Notes: generated by a model not told the origin, from the sequence alone. 64,000 nt of DNA from an uncultured SAR86 cluster bacterium (GCA_902635645.1 CACPON010000001.1:31435-95434), one strand, 5' to 3'; counted from the first letter of the stretch, positions 19,583 to 29,457 are shown. Program-made: numbers and translations.

Positions 19583-20914
19583 AAAAACTGTTGCTAGACC
19601 AAGAAAAGATAAAAATCCTATAACATCAGTTACGGTTGTTACTACCACGCTTCCTGATATAGCTGGATCCTGATTCAACCTTCGTAAAATTATTGGAACA
19701 AAAACTCCAGCAATTACTGAGCTTACTAAATTTATAATTAGTGCAAATGAAATCAACAGAGCTAATGTAATTTCATGGAACCAAAAGTATGTCACAAGCC
19801 CAACTAAAATTGATAAGACTAAACCATTAAGAATGGATACGGCTAGCTCTCTTTTGAAAAGCCATCTTAGATTTGAGGAATTGATTTGTTCCAGTGTTAG
19901 ACCCCGAAGAACAATAGTTAAGGTTTGTGTTGCAGCAACCCCACCCATGCTGGCGACTATTGGCATTAAGATAGCTAAATATACAATTTGATCTAGCACA
20001 TCTTTAAAAATATTTATTGTCATAGATGCAATAAAAGCAGTTAAAAGATTCATGCTTAACCAAAACACTCTGCTTCTTGCAGCTCTTCCTGGTGGGGCAA
20101 ATGTATCTTCCGCAACTCCAGCCATACCCAGAAAATTTTGATCAGCATCCTCTCTTATGACATCTAAAACATCATCTATAGTAATTCTTCCTATTAATTT
20201 GCCAGACTCATCAATAACGGCAGATGAGATGATATCATTTCTTTCAAATATTGTTGCAACCTCTTTATCATCTTGAGAAACGAGAATTGGATTGCTTGAT
20301 GTGCTCATAATTTCTCTTACAGTCAGATTTGGCTTGCATGTAATTATCTTACTAATGGCAATCTCGCCAATATATTCATCCTCTTTATTAACAACAAAAA
20401 TCTTATCAGTGTTATCTGGAAGTTCTTCTTGATCTCTAAGGTAGTTAATTACAACCTCTATACTATGACTTGGCCTGACGCTAATGACGTCTGTATTTAA
20501 AAGACCTCCAGCAGTGTTTTCAGGGTAGGTAAGACCAATTTCAATTCTTTTTCTGTCTCTATATGACATTTTAGAAAGAATGGTATTCATTCTGTCTTCA
20601 GGAAGATTCTGAAGAATATCTACAGTTTCGTCCGGCTCAAGTTCTTTTACAGCTTCAGCAAGCTCTTCATTGGAAATATTTGAAACTAACTCTTGTTGGA
20701 TCTCTTCACCAAGATCAACCAAAACATCTCCTTCTTCATTGGTTTCCAGAAGTGAAAAAAATAATTTTCTTTGTTTGGGAGGAGAGGATTCAAGAGCATG
20801 GGCAATTTCTGATGATGATAATTTTTTTAATAGACTTCTTATTTCATCTTGTGAAAGTTCAGAAGAACTTTCTAATAATTGATTAAGATTATTTTCTTGC
20901 TCTATGGGCTCCAT
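19574..20914 (-). CDS. mgtE: magnesium transporter MgtE
   Basis: 446 aa. N-domain, two CBS domains and a 5-TM C-terminal domain with the PxxASxGGxAxTQ-like motif (PIVASMGGVAATQT). Confidence 0.9.
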   Translation of the reverse strand: MEPIEQENNLNQLLESSSELSQDEIRSLLKKLSSSEIAHALESSPPKQRKLFFSLLETNEEGDVLVDLGEEIQQELVSNISNEELAEAVKELEPDETVDILQNLPEDRMNTILSKMSYRDRKRIEIGLTYPENTAGGLLNTDVISVRPSHSIEVVINYLRDQEELPDNTDKIFVVNKEDEYIGEIAISKIITCKPNLTVREIMSTSSNPILVSQDDKEVATIFERNDIISSAVIDESGKLIGRITIDDVLDVIREDADQNFLGMAGVAEDTFAPPGRAARSRVFWLSMNLLTAFIASMTINIFKDVLDQIVYLAILMPIVASMGGVAATQTLTIVLRGLTLEQINSSNLRWLFKRELAVSILNGLVLSILVGLVTYFWFHEITLALLISFALIINLVSSVIAGVFVPIILRRLNQDPAISGSVVVTTVTDVIGFLSFLGLATVFLI

Positions 20915-20946
20915 AGACTAATTCTACATTAATGATAAAAAAATAA

Positions 20947-22221
20947 TTACCTATTCCTTGAAGAAGCTATATTAAGTTTTTTTCTATATTTTGTGATGGT
21001 TCTTCTTGCTAGGTTGAAACCTCTTTTATTTAACTCTATGGCAATTTTATTATCACTTTTAGGTTTTTTTTCATTTTCTATTATTGATTCAATTAGCTGC
21101 ATTAACTGTAAAGGAGTAACATCTCTAGTTTTGGAAACAGATGAAACTAATAAAGATTTTAAAGGTATTATACCTTTTGGAGTATCTATATATTTTGATC
21201 TTAGAATTCTTGAAACAGTTGACGGATGAAGCCCAAGCTCATCTGATAGACTTTTGTTAGAAAGAGGATTAATTTTTAAAGGATTATCTTGTAAAAAAGA
21301 AATTTGCCTCTTGCAAATTAACTCTCCTACTTGCATGACAGTGTCATTTCTTTTTTTAATTGAGCTAAGAAGCCATTTAGCATCCTGAATTTTATCTGCT
21401 AACTCTTTATTAGGGTTATTTTTTAACTGGGTGTTCGTCTTTTCAATTAAATCATGGTCAATTTTAATTTTAGGGAAAGTATCATTTATAAAATTAACAG
21501 AAAGAGATTTCTCTTTTAATTCAATTTTTAAATCTGGAATTATGTAATTAGTATTTTCATAGTTAAGACCTGGACTTAAATCACATGATTTAATTTCATT
21601 CATTGCTTTTTCAATATCTTTGACCGCATATCCCCTTTTTTGAAAGGTATTAATAATATCTTCTAAACTCTCAGATCCATTCTGACTGAGTATTTCCTGA
21701 CATAGCGCTTTAATCTTATGATTAAATTTTTTGGAGTCAATTTGTATTTTTATACATTCTTTGAAATCTCTAAAACCGACACCAATGGGTTCTAGTTTTT
21801 GAACAATATCTTTTAAAACATCGCTGACATCACTTATAGAGTATTTGTAGGAGAGCATTTCCTCTATTTCGTCCAACCCCTCCAATAATTGACCAGATTC
21901 ATCAATACATTCAACTATGATCAGAGCTATTTCCTTTTGTTTATCATTTAAGCTTAAATCATTTACTTGATTTATAAGAGACTCTCTTAAATTTTCGACA
22001 GCTGCTACATTAAAATCAAAATCAGCATCATTATAATTTTCGTCAAACTCAAAATCGTCAGTAATTTCTTTTTCAACAAAAGGATTAATTTCAATCTCTT
22101 GATCAATTTTTTGAATTAGTTCATACCTAGATAATTGAAGCAAATCAATCGATTTTTTAAGCAGTGGAGTCAATGAAATTTTTTGTTTTTGCTTAAATTC
22201 TTTAATTAATGAAATAGCCAT
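20947..22221 (-). CDS. rpoN: RNA polymerase sigma-54 factor
   Basis: 424 aa. Region I (LTPLLKKSIDLLQLSRYEL), HTH, and RpoN box ARRTITKYR near the C-terminus. Follows lptB. Confidence 0.9.
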   Translation of the reverse strand: MAISLIKEFKQKQKISLTPLLKKSIDLLQLSRYELIQKIDQEIEINPFVEKEITDDFEFDENYNDADFDFNVAAVENLRESLINQVNDLSLNDKQKEIALIIVECIDESGQLLEGLDEIEEMLSYKYSISDVSDVLKDIVQKLEPIGVGFRDFKECIKIQIDSKKFNHKIKALCQEILSQNGSESLEDIINTFQKRGYAVKDIEKAMNEIKSCDLSPGLNYENTNYIIPDLKIELKEKSLSVNFINDTFPKIKIDHDLIEKTNTQLKNNPNKELADKIQDAKWLLSSIKKRNDTVMQVGELICKRQISFLQDNPLKINPLSNKSLSDELGLHPSTVSRILRSKYIDTPKGIIPLKSLLVSSVSKTRDVTPLQLMQLIESIIENEKKPKSDNKIAIELNKRGFNLARRTITKYRKKLNIASSRNR

Positions 22222-22227
22222 GATGGT

Positions 22228-22941
22228 TTAACTATACATATCACCTAAATAAACTTTTTTAACCATTTCATCTTTGATTAATGAATTTTTGTCACCTTTT
22301 GCAATAATTGAACCATTATTAATAACAATTGCATGATCACATATTTCTAATGCCTCGCGAACATTATGATCGGTAATTAAAATACCAATATTTTTATTTT
22401 TAAGCTTTATAAGAACTTGTTTAATTTCATCAATAGCTATTGGATCTATTCCAGCAAAGGGTTCATCTAAAAGAATTATCTTTGGATTTGCTGCAAGTGT
22501 TCTTGCAATTTCAACCTTTCTTCTTTGACCACCTGAAAGCTGTCTTCCTTTATGGTTTAAGATTTCTGATAAATTAAATTCATCAATTGATTTAGTTATA
22601 AAATTTTGTATATCCTCTTTTCTTTTAAATGATAATTCTGCAAGACCTAATAAGTTTTCATAAACTGAAAGATTCTGAAAAATAGAAGGCTCTTGTGGCA
22701 AGTACTTTATTCCCATTTTTGATCTTTTATGCATAGCAAAGCTTGAAACATTTTCATCCGCCAAAAAAATATCACCTTTATCTGCTTTTATTAGCCCAGC
22801 TATCATGTAAAAGGTTGTAGTTTTACCAGCACCATTTGGCCCCAAAAGACCACTAATACAACCCGAAGGCACTTCAAAACTTATATTGTCTACAATATTT
22901 TTATCTTTAATTGTTTTATTTATGTTTTGTATTGAAAGCAT
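22228..22941 (-). CDS. lptB: LPS export ABC transporter ATPase LptB
   Basis: 237 aa. Walker A GPNGAGKTT, signature LSGGQRR, Walker B ILLDEP. Confidence 0.92.
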   Translation of the reverse strand: MLSIQNINKTIKDKNIVDNISFEVPSGCISGLLGPNGAGKTTTFYMIAGLIKADKGDIFLADENVSSFAMHKRSKMGIKYLPQEPSIFQNLSVYENLLGLAELSFKRKEDIQNFITKSIDEFNLSEILNHKGRQLSGGQRRKVEIARTLAANPKIILLDEPFAGIDPIAIDEIKQVLIKLKNKNIGILITDHNVREALEICDHAIVINNGSIIAKGDKNSLIKDEMVKKVYLGDMYS

Positions 22942-22943
22942 AA

Positions 22944-23375
22944 TTAATTATTTGATAAAACTTCACCATTTCTTGCGTTTAAAATTATTTCTTTAGATGA
23001 GATGCTTATATCGTCATAGTAGATAGTCGCATTACCAACTAGTTGTATTTTATCTGTTTCTGTAAAAATAATTTCGTCAGCGCTGCCAGTAAAAAAATTA
23101 TTTTTAGCAGTTGATGAAATCTTAGATGGCTCGCCATAGACTGAGATAATTTTATTTATTTTGTTAAATATTGCTTCACGAGCTTCAATAGTAAATTCAC
23201 CAGATTTTATAAAGACCCCATCATTAAAAAAAATTTTATTTGACTTCTTTTCTACCTCAATTGCGCCAGAATTTATAATAATATTATTTGATTTGAATTG
23301 ATTATCTTTTGATTGACCATATGCCAAGTTACATAGTATTAATAGAGATAGGAGGCTTACTTTATTAAATTGCAA
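22944..23375 (-). CDS. lptA: LPS transport periplasmic protein LptA (OstA-N fold)
   Basis: 143 aa. Cleavable signal peptide (..NLAYG/Q). Aligns by eye with E. coli LptA strands (IIINSGAIEV.., VYGEPSKI, LVGNATIYY). Confidence 0.7.
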   Translation of the reverse strand: MQFNKVSLLSLLILCNLAYGQSKDNQFKSNNIIINSGAIEVEKKSNKIFFNDGVFIKSGEFTIEAREAIFNKINKIISVYGEPSKISSTAKNNFFTGSADEIIFTETDKIQLVGNATIYYDDISISSKEIILNARNGEVLSNN

Positions 23376-23376
23376 G

Positions 23377-24339
23377 TTATAAAATCCTTGCTTGAATTAA
23401 GTCATGCATTGATATTACACCAACATTTTTATTTTTTTTCATTACAACCAAAGTAAAGATTTTATTTTTTTCCATTATTCTCGCTGCATCAACAGCTAAT
23501 GCATCCTCTTCAATTGTTTTAAATTTCTTAGTCATTACATCTTTAATCTTTGTTGTATTAATATCAATTTTTTGATTTAAACACCTTCTCAAATCACCAT
23601 CTGTAAAAATACCTTCAACTTTTGAATGTTTTTTTACAAGAGTTATCCCTAAATTCTTTTCTGAAATTTCAATCAGAGCATCTGAAAGAATTGTATTTAA
23701 GCTTACTGATGGTATTTCAGATCCTTGATGCATTAAATGCTTTACTTGAGTAATTAATTTTTTACCTAGCTTTCCAGCAGGATGAGAAGATGCAAAATCA
23801 TTTGAGGTAAAGCCTTTAGATTCTAATAGTGCAATTGCCAAGGCATCACCAAATGCTAATGCAGATGTTGTAGAAGATGTTGGAGCAAGATCAAGGGGGC
23901 ATGCCTCTTTAGATTTAATAACAATAGATATATCAGATGCTAAAGCAATTGAAGATTTATTATTACTAGTAAGGGATGCTAGTTTATAAGAGGATCTTTT
24001 TAGTGAGGGAAGAATATTAATAATTTCATCAGTTTCACCAGAATTAGATATTAAAAAAACAATATCTTTTTTTTCTATCAAACCCATATCTCCATGAGCA
24101 GCCTCTGTTGGATGAATAAAAATTGATCCTGTCCCTGTGCTAGAGAGAGTTGCTGATATTTTTTGACCAATATGACCAGATTTACCAACTCCCATAATTA
24201 TGAACTTTCCTTTGTTTGATCTTATTGAATCACAAAGTTGAGTAAAATTTTTATCTATTTGATTTGCAAGACTATTTATAGCATTAGACTCTATTTTGAA
24301 AGTTCTTTTAGCTGACGCAATGTAGTTAAATTTTTTCAT
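23377..24339 (-). CDS. kdsD: arabinose-5-phosphate isomerase KdsD
   Basis: 320 aa. SIS domain (GVGKSGHIGQKISATLSSTGT) followed by a CBS pair. Confidence 0.9.
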   Translation of the reverse strand: MKKFNYIASAKRTFKIESNAINSLANQIDKNFTQLCDSIRSNKGKFIIMGVGKSGHIGQKISATLSSTGTGSIFIHPTEAAHGDMGLIEKKDIVFLISNSGETDEIINILPSLKRSSYKLASLTSNNKSSIALASDISIVIKSKEACPLDLAPTSSTTSALAFGDALAIALLESKGFTSNDFASSHPAGKLGKKLITQVKHLMHQGSEIPSVSLNTILSDALIEISEKNLGITLVKKHSKVEGIFTDGDLRRCLNQKIDINTTKIKDVMTKKFKTIEEDALAVDAARIMEKNKIFTLVVMKKNKNVGVISMHDLIQARIL

Positions 24340-24393
24340 AACTTTAGTAAGTTTGCTCGATTTTTATTATCTTCTAAATGCTATAATAGAACA

Positions 24394-25029
24394 ATGTTAA
24401 CACTACTAAAAAATTTTTTTACTGTATTGATTCTTTCCTCATCAATTAATCTATGGTCTGATGAAAATCCATACAATTTTATTGACTCTAATGCTCAAAA
24501 GATGGTTATTGTACTAAAAGAAAATAAATCATTATTCTTGGAAGATAGAAAGTTATATGAGCAAAAAATAAAAGAAATTTTTGAGCCAATGATTGATTTT
24601 AGAAGAGTTGCTGCAACTGTTATGGGTAAAAAGTACTACTTAGCCTCATCTAAAGAACAAAGAGCTGAATTTGTAGTAATTTTTAAAGATTCTCTTTTAG
24701 ATACATATGCTGAAACTTTAGCCCAGTGGGAAAACCAAACAATCACTACGATTTTTCCAAAAAATATGGAAATCCAAACTAACAATTTGAAAAATATTGA
24801 GGTACAACAAACTCTTAATACAGGTAGCAGCAAATATCCAATTTCTTATAAGCTCAGAAAAAATAAAGATAACAGCTGGTCAATAGTGAACATAATTGTA
24901 AATGGTGTAAATTTAGGACTAACATTTAGGAATCAGTTTCAAGCCCTAGCAATAAAAAATAATGGAAATATCGAATCTACCCTTAATGGATGGGTTTCTG
25001 ATGCAGGAGATGCTGGAATAAGTGGATAA
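24394..25029 (+). CDS. mlaC: phospholipid-binding periplasmic protein MlaC (Ttg2D family)
   Basis: 211 aa. Signal peptide, NPY..D..AQK N-terminal motif and overall co-linearity with E. coli MlaC. Lies upstream of ibaG-murA. Confidence 0.75.
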   Translation: MLTLLKNFFTVLILSSSINLWSDENPYNFIDSNAQKMVIVLKENKSLFLEDRKLYEQKIKEIFEPMIDFRRVAATVMGKKYYLASSKEQRAEFVVIFKDSLLDTYAETLAQWENQTITTIFPKNMEIQTNNLKNIEVQQTLNTGSSKYPISYKLRKNKDNSWSIVNIIVNGVNLGLTFRNQFQALAIKNNGNIESTLNGWVSDAGDAGISG

Positions 25030-25240
25030 AGAACTAATAAGAGAAATTATCTCTTCAGCAATTCCAAACTCTAAATGTGTTTTTGAGGGAGATTCCTGCA
25101 ATCTAAAACTGATGGTCATATCAGGTTCTTTTAATGGAATTTCTCTAATAAAACAACACAAGATGGTTTTAAGTCCTCTGAAAGAACATTTTGAATCAGG
25201 TACACTGCATGCCCTTAGCATAGAAACAAAAACAAGTTAA
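25022..25240 (+). CDS. ibaG: BolA-family protein IbaG/YrbA
   Basis: 72 aa. Co-linear with E. coli IbaG, including the C-terminal HALSI motif. Canonical slot immediately before murA. GTG start. Confidence 0.7.
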   Translation: MDKELIREIISSAIPNSKCVFEGDSCNLKLMVISGSFNGISLIKQHKMVLSPLKEHFESGTLHALSIETKTS

Positions 25241-26500
25241 ATGGAAAAGTTATTAATAAAAGGAGGCGCCTCTTTAAAAGGTGAGATAAGTTGTTCAGGT
25301 GCAAAGAATGCAGCACTGCCAATGATTGCTGCAACAATATTATCGGATGAAGATGTTATTTTAAAAAACTTACCATATCTTCAAGACATTACAACAATGT
25401 TTGAATTATTGGGCTCTATGGGTGCTGATATTCTTTTAAATGAAAACATGGATTTCACTATTGCTACATATAATCTAAGGGAAAAAGAAGCCAGATATGA
25501 ATTAGTCAAAACCATGAGAGCATCAATTCTTGTTTTAGGGCCATTAGTTGCAAAATACGGTGAGGCTAGAATTGCATTGCCTGGTGGCTGTGCTATCGGG
25601 AGCAGACCAGTTAATTATCATTTAGATGCTTTAGAGCAACTTGGTGCAACTATAACTCTTAAAAATGGTTATATTGAAGCGAGTGCAAAAAAACTAATTG
25701 GATCAAAGATTAAATTTGATGGTATTACAGTTACCGGGACAGAAAATATAATGATGGCAGCTTGTTTGGCTGAAGGTACAACAACCTTAACCAATGTAGC
25801 TAAAGAACCTGAAATTATTGATTTGGCAGAATTTTTAAACAAAATGGGTGCAAAAATATCTGGAGCAGGTTCTAATGAGATAACTATTGAAGGTGTTGAG
25901 AGATTATATGGAACGGAACATAGTATCCCGGCTGATAGAATTGAAGCTGGAACATATCTAGTTGCTGCTGCTGTTACAAATGGTGAAATAAAGATCAATG
26001 GTATTAACCCAAATAGATTGATAAAAGTATTAGATAAATTAATTGAAACAGGAGCTAAAGTTGAGACTAGTGAAGATTCAATTTCATTGATCATGAACAA
26101 AGATAAGCCCAAACCTGTTGACATTACTACAGCACCTTTTCCTGAATTTCCAACAGATATGCAGGCTCAGTTTTCAGTTATAAATGCGTTAGCAAATGGT
26201 GTTTCAAATATTTATGAGACTGTTTTTGAGAATAGGTTTATGCATGTTCAAGAATTAAATAGAATGGGTTGTAATATTCAAATTAATGGCAATCAGGCTG
26301 TTATTGAGGGCGTTGATTCATTATATGGCGCAGAAGTTATGGCAACAGATTTAAGAGCTTCGGCGAGTTTAATTTTAGCAGGGTTGTGCGCCAAAGGAGA
26401 AACAAAAGTAGATCGTATTTATCACATAGATAGGGGATACGAACGCATAGAAGAAAAACTAAATTACTTAGGCGCAAATATTATTAGATTACCGAGTTAA
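25241..26500 (+). CDS. murA: UDP-N-acetylglucosamine 1-carboxyvinyltransferase
   Basis: 419 aa. SGAKNAALP N-terminus and active-site loop PGGCAIGSRPVN. Confidence 0.95.
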   Translation: MEKLLIKGGASLKGEISCSGAKNAALPMIAATILSDEDVILKNLPYLQDITTMFELLGSMGADILLNENMDFTIATYNLREKEARYELVKTMRASILVLGPLVAKYGEARIALPGGCAIGSRPVNYHLDALEQLGATITLKNGYIEASAKKLIGSKIKFDGITVTGTENIMMAACLAEGTTTLTNVAKEPEIIDLAEFLNKMGAKISGAGSNEITIEGVERLYGTEHSIPADRIEAGTYLVAAAVTNGEIKINGINPNRLIKVLDKLIETGAKVETSEDSISLIMNKDKPKPVDITTAPFPEFPTDMQAQFSVINALANGVSNIYETVFENRFMHVQELNRMGCNIQINGNQAVIEGVDSLYGAEVMATDLRASASLILAGLCAKGETKVDRIYHIDRGYERIEEKLNYLGANIIRLPS

Positions 26501-27496
26501 TTCTTTTATTTCAGATGATTCGATTTCAATTGATTTAAAAGTATTATTGCTTGAAATAATTTCAAAACTTATATTATTTCCAAGGCCGGCAAACTTTAAA
26601 GAAGAAGTTAAATTTTTCCAACTCCCTTCATTATTATTAATTCGAATAATTACGTCATTAACACTTGCACCTTTCTCATACAAAGGTCCAACTGAATCAA
26701 TTTCAACAATTCTTAATCCATTTATTAAATTATTATTTAATCTTAACCTTATAGGTGCTACTCTAAAATTACCTATCCAACCAGTTCTAATTTCACCGTA
26801 TTGAATAATTTCAGATGCTATCTGAACAATATTATTGGACGGAATTGCAAACCCCAATCCTTGATAAGCTCCAGTACGTGAAAAAATCTTTGTATTGATA
26901 CCTATCAAATTACCATTTTCGTTAATTAAAGCACCACCTGAATTACCTGGATTTATCGCTGCATCAGTCTGTATTAGTTCAAGATAGGGATTTCCATAAT
27001 CTCTTCCAGTGGCGCTTATAATGCCACTTGAAACAGAAATTCCAATACCATATGGATTTCCTATCGCTAAAACTTTATCTCCAATCTTAAGGTCATCACT
27101 ATTAGAAACATTGATAGGTTTTAGCACGCTATTTGAGTTAATTTTAAGAACTGCTATATCAGCATTTACATCAGCACCAATTAGATTTGCATCAATCTCT
27201 TCACCGGTATGAAGCTTTACTTTAATTAACTTATTCCCAGAAATAATATGCGTATTTGTAACAATATAACCATCTTCTGAAAAAATAACTCCAGAACCAA
27301 TACTATTATTTGCATAGGATCGGTTACCACCATAGGTATATACAGTAACAACTGACTCAATAGAATTATTGGTTGCAGATACAAATTTATTTTCATTTTT
27401 AGAAAAAAAAGCCCATGATAAAAATATAGTTATTGAAATAACTAATAAATAGTTTATTTTAGTTCTCTGTACAAATTTCATAATATTAATATTCAA
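26489..27496 (-). CDS. degS: DegS/AlgW-like periplasmic serine endoprotease (one PDZ)
   Basis: 335 aa. N-terminal TM anchor, His (VTNTHII), Asp (DIAVLKI), Ser (GNSGGAL) triad, single C-terminal PDZ. Confidence 0.7.
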   Translation of the reverse strand: MNINIMKFVQRTKINYLLVISITIFLSWAFFSKNENKFVSATNNSIESVVTVYTYGGNRSYANNSIGSGVIFSEDGYIVTNTHIISGNKLIKVKLHTGEEIDANLIGADVNADIAVLKINSNSVLKPINVSNSDDLKIGDKVLAIGNPYGIGISVSSGIISATGRDYGNPYLELIQTDAAINPGNSGGALINENGNLIGINTKIFSRTGAYQGLGFAIPSNNIVQIASEIIQYGEIRTGWIGNFRVAPIRLRLNNNLINGLRIVEIDSVGPLYEKGASVNDVIIRINNNEGSWKNLTSSLKFAGLGNNISFEIISSNNTFKSIEIESSEIKELTR

Positions 27497-28533
27497 TGCT
27501 TCAAAATATCATCGATAATTTAAAAAACCAAGGCATTGAACCTGATTTAGCTCAATCAAATCTTATAGAAGAATTAAATAATACCTCTCCAAAAAACAAT
27601 ACGTTTATTAATAAAATTAAAAAAAATAAACCATCATTCAAAAGTTTTTATTTGTGGGGTGATGTTGGAAGGGGTAAAACAGTAATACTAAAGTCTTTCA
27701 TAAAAAACCTTGATCTAAAAGTTATAGATTTTCATTATATTGATTTCATGCAAAGTATTCATAATGAATTATCATCTTTGTCAGGTAAAAAAAATCCGCT
27801 TGATCATATAGCTAAATCCTTAAGCAAAAAGAGCGAAGTCATATTCATTGATGAATTTCAGGTTGAAGATATTGCAGATGCAATGATAGTTGGGAATTTA
27901 TTGAACCAGTTGATTGAAAGAAATGTATTTTTATACATTACATCTAATGCTCATCCAAATGAACTCTATAAAGATGGTCTGCAAAGAAAAAAATTTCAAG
28001 ATTCCATGAAACTATTTCAGAAACATGCCAGGGTTTATGAATTAGATGGGGATAAAGATTATAGAACAAGAAATATTGTGAACTTCAATAACTATACAAA
28101 AAATAAAATATATAAGGATAGTGAAATAGCATCTTTGATAGAAACTAATTATCAAAATGTAGACTTTAAAATTAAAACGTTTCAAGTAAATGATAGAGTT
28201 TTTAGTTGCAAAGCGAAGTGTAATAATTTTTTATGGCTTTCTTTTTATAATTTTTTTAATGAGCCTAATGGCAACAAAGATTTTATAAAAATTTCTGAAA
28301 ATGTTGATTGGATATTTATAAGTGAATTTAGACATTGTGATGATGAGACAGCTGACATTATGCGAAGGTTTATATCATTCATAGATATTTGTTATCGAGA
28401 TCAAACAAAAATTAAATTCTTTTTTAACGATATTGATTATGAAAATTTGTATAGCGGCGTAAAGTTAAAAATACTCTGGGAAAGATGCTGCAGTAGATTA
28501 ATTGAAATGCAAACAAAAGAGTATTTAATTTAA
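27496..28533 (+). CDS. zapE: AFG1-family ATPase ZapE
   Basis: 345 aa. Walker A GDVGRGKT, Walker B IFIDEF. Upstream of rplM-rpsI, as E. coli yhcM/zapE. Confidence 0.8.
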   Translation: MLQNIIDNLKNQGIEPDLAQSNLIEELNNTSPKNNTFINKIKKNKPSFKSFYLWGDVGRGKTVILKSFIKNLDLKVIDFHYIDFMQSIHNELSSLSGKKNPLDHIAKSLSKKSEVIFIDEFQVEDIADAMIVGNLLNQLIERNVFLYITSNAHPNELYKDGLQRKKFQDSMKLFQKHARVYELDGDKDYRTRNIVNFNNYTKNKIYKDSEIASLIETNYQNVDFKIKTFQVNDRVFSCKAKCNNFLWLSFYNFFNEPNGNKDFIKISENVDWIFISEFRHCDDETADIMRRFISFIDICYRDQTKIKFFFNDIDYENLYSGVKLKILWERCCSRLIEMQTKEYLI

Positions 28534-28552
28534 ATATTTCTTCACTAAAATA

Positions 28553-28581
28553 TTGCTAATTTTCGCGCTAAACATTAAGAT
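28553..28581 (+). promoter_or_regulatory. candidate sigma-70 promoter for rplM-rpsI
   Basis: TTGCTA (28553-28558), 17-nt spacer, TAAGAT (28576-28581). Pattern match only. Confidence 0.3.
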
Positions 28582-28604
28582 TCGCATCTTATAAAAATAT
28601 GATT

Positions 28605-29039
28605 ATGAAAACATTCTCGTTAAAGAAAGAAAATATCGAAAGACAATGGTATGTAGTAGATGCTTCAGATAAAGTTTTAGGAAGATTGTCTACTAAAATT
28701 GCTGATAGAATTCGAGGTAAAGATAAACCAACTTTTACTCCACATACTGACGGTGGTGATTACGTTATTGTCATTAATGCAGAAAAGATAAAGGTCACAG
28801 GAGCAAAATATACTGATAAAAAGTATTACACTCATTCTTTATATCCTGGAGGACTCAAAACTAAAACCTTTAGAGAAATGAATGAGAAGTTTCCTGAAAG
28901 AATTATTGAAGAAGCTGTTAAAGGTATGTTGCCAAAAAATAAACTTGGCAAATCTATGATTAAAAAATTAAAAGTATTTAGTGGCCCGGATCATGATCAT
29001 GGTTCGCAGCAGCCAATTGAATGGAATCCAACTATATGA
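28605..29039 (+). CDS. rplM: 50S ribosomal protein L13
   Basis: [20 protein letters not shown] aligns with the E. coli L13 N-terminus. The track ORF starts 2 codons earlier (28599). Confidence 0.95.
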   Translation: MKTFSLKKENIERQWYVVDASDKVLGRLSTKIADRIRGKDKPTFTPHTDGGDYVIVINAEKIKVTGAKYTDKKYYTHSLYPGGLKTKTFREMNEKFPERIIEEAVKGMLPKNKLGKSMIKKLKVFSGPDHDHGSQQPIEWNPTI

Positions 29040-29428
29040 CAACTGAAACATATTACGCCACGGGCAGAAGAAAAACATCTTCTGCAAGAATTTATCTTTC
29101 ATCTGGAAAAGGTAATATTAAAGTTAATGATAGAGATTTAGATGTGTATTTTGGTCGTAAGGTTGCACAAATGTTAGTAATGCAACCATTAGAAATGACC
29201 GAACTAACAGACAAGGTTGATATCAATATCAAAGTTAAGGGCGGCGGTAGTTTTGGGCAGGCAGGAGCAATCAGACATGGTATTTCTAGAGCTCTTATTT
29301 CTTATGATGAAGAACTAAGACCTCAACTAAAGAGTGCAGGCTTGCTTACTAGAGACCCTAGAAAAGTTGAAAGAAAGAAACCTGGTCTAGTCAAGGCAAG
29401 AAAAAGTAAGCAGTTTTCAAAACGTTAA
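29036..29428 (+). CDS. rpsI: 30S ribosomal protein S9
   Basis: [10 protein letters not shown]..., C-terminal [14 protein letters not shown] at 29036 overlaps the rplM TGA (ATGA). The track ORF 29021 is a 5' extension. Confidence 0.95.
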   Translation: MTTETYYATGRRKTSSARIYLSSGKGNIKVNDRDLDVYFGRKVAQMLVMQPLEMTELTDKVDINIKVKGGGSFGQAGAIRHGISRALISYDEELRPQLKSAGLLTRDPRKVERKKPGLVKARKSKQFSKR

Positions 29429-29457
29429 TTTTTTTCAAATTTTTTCTTATAAATTAG

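Noticed and set aside
20915-20946. Looked for an M-box or other Mg2+ riboswitch upstream of mgtE.
   Set aside because: Only 32 bp separate mgtE from rpoN, far too short for an M-box, and no conserved riboswitch motifs are visible.
24946-25221. 91-aa minus-strand ORF covering the ibaG region.
   Set aside because: The plus-strand 72-aa product aligns along its length with BolA-family IbaG (including HALSI) and sits in the canonical slot before murA. The antisense ORF has no recognisable features.
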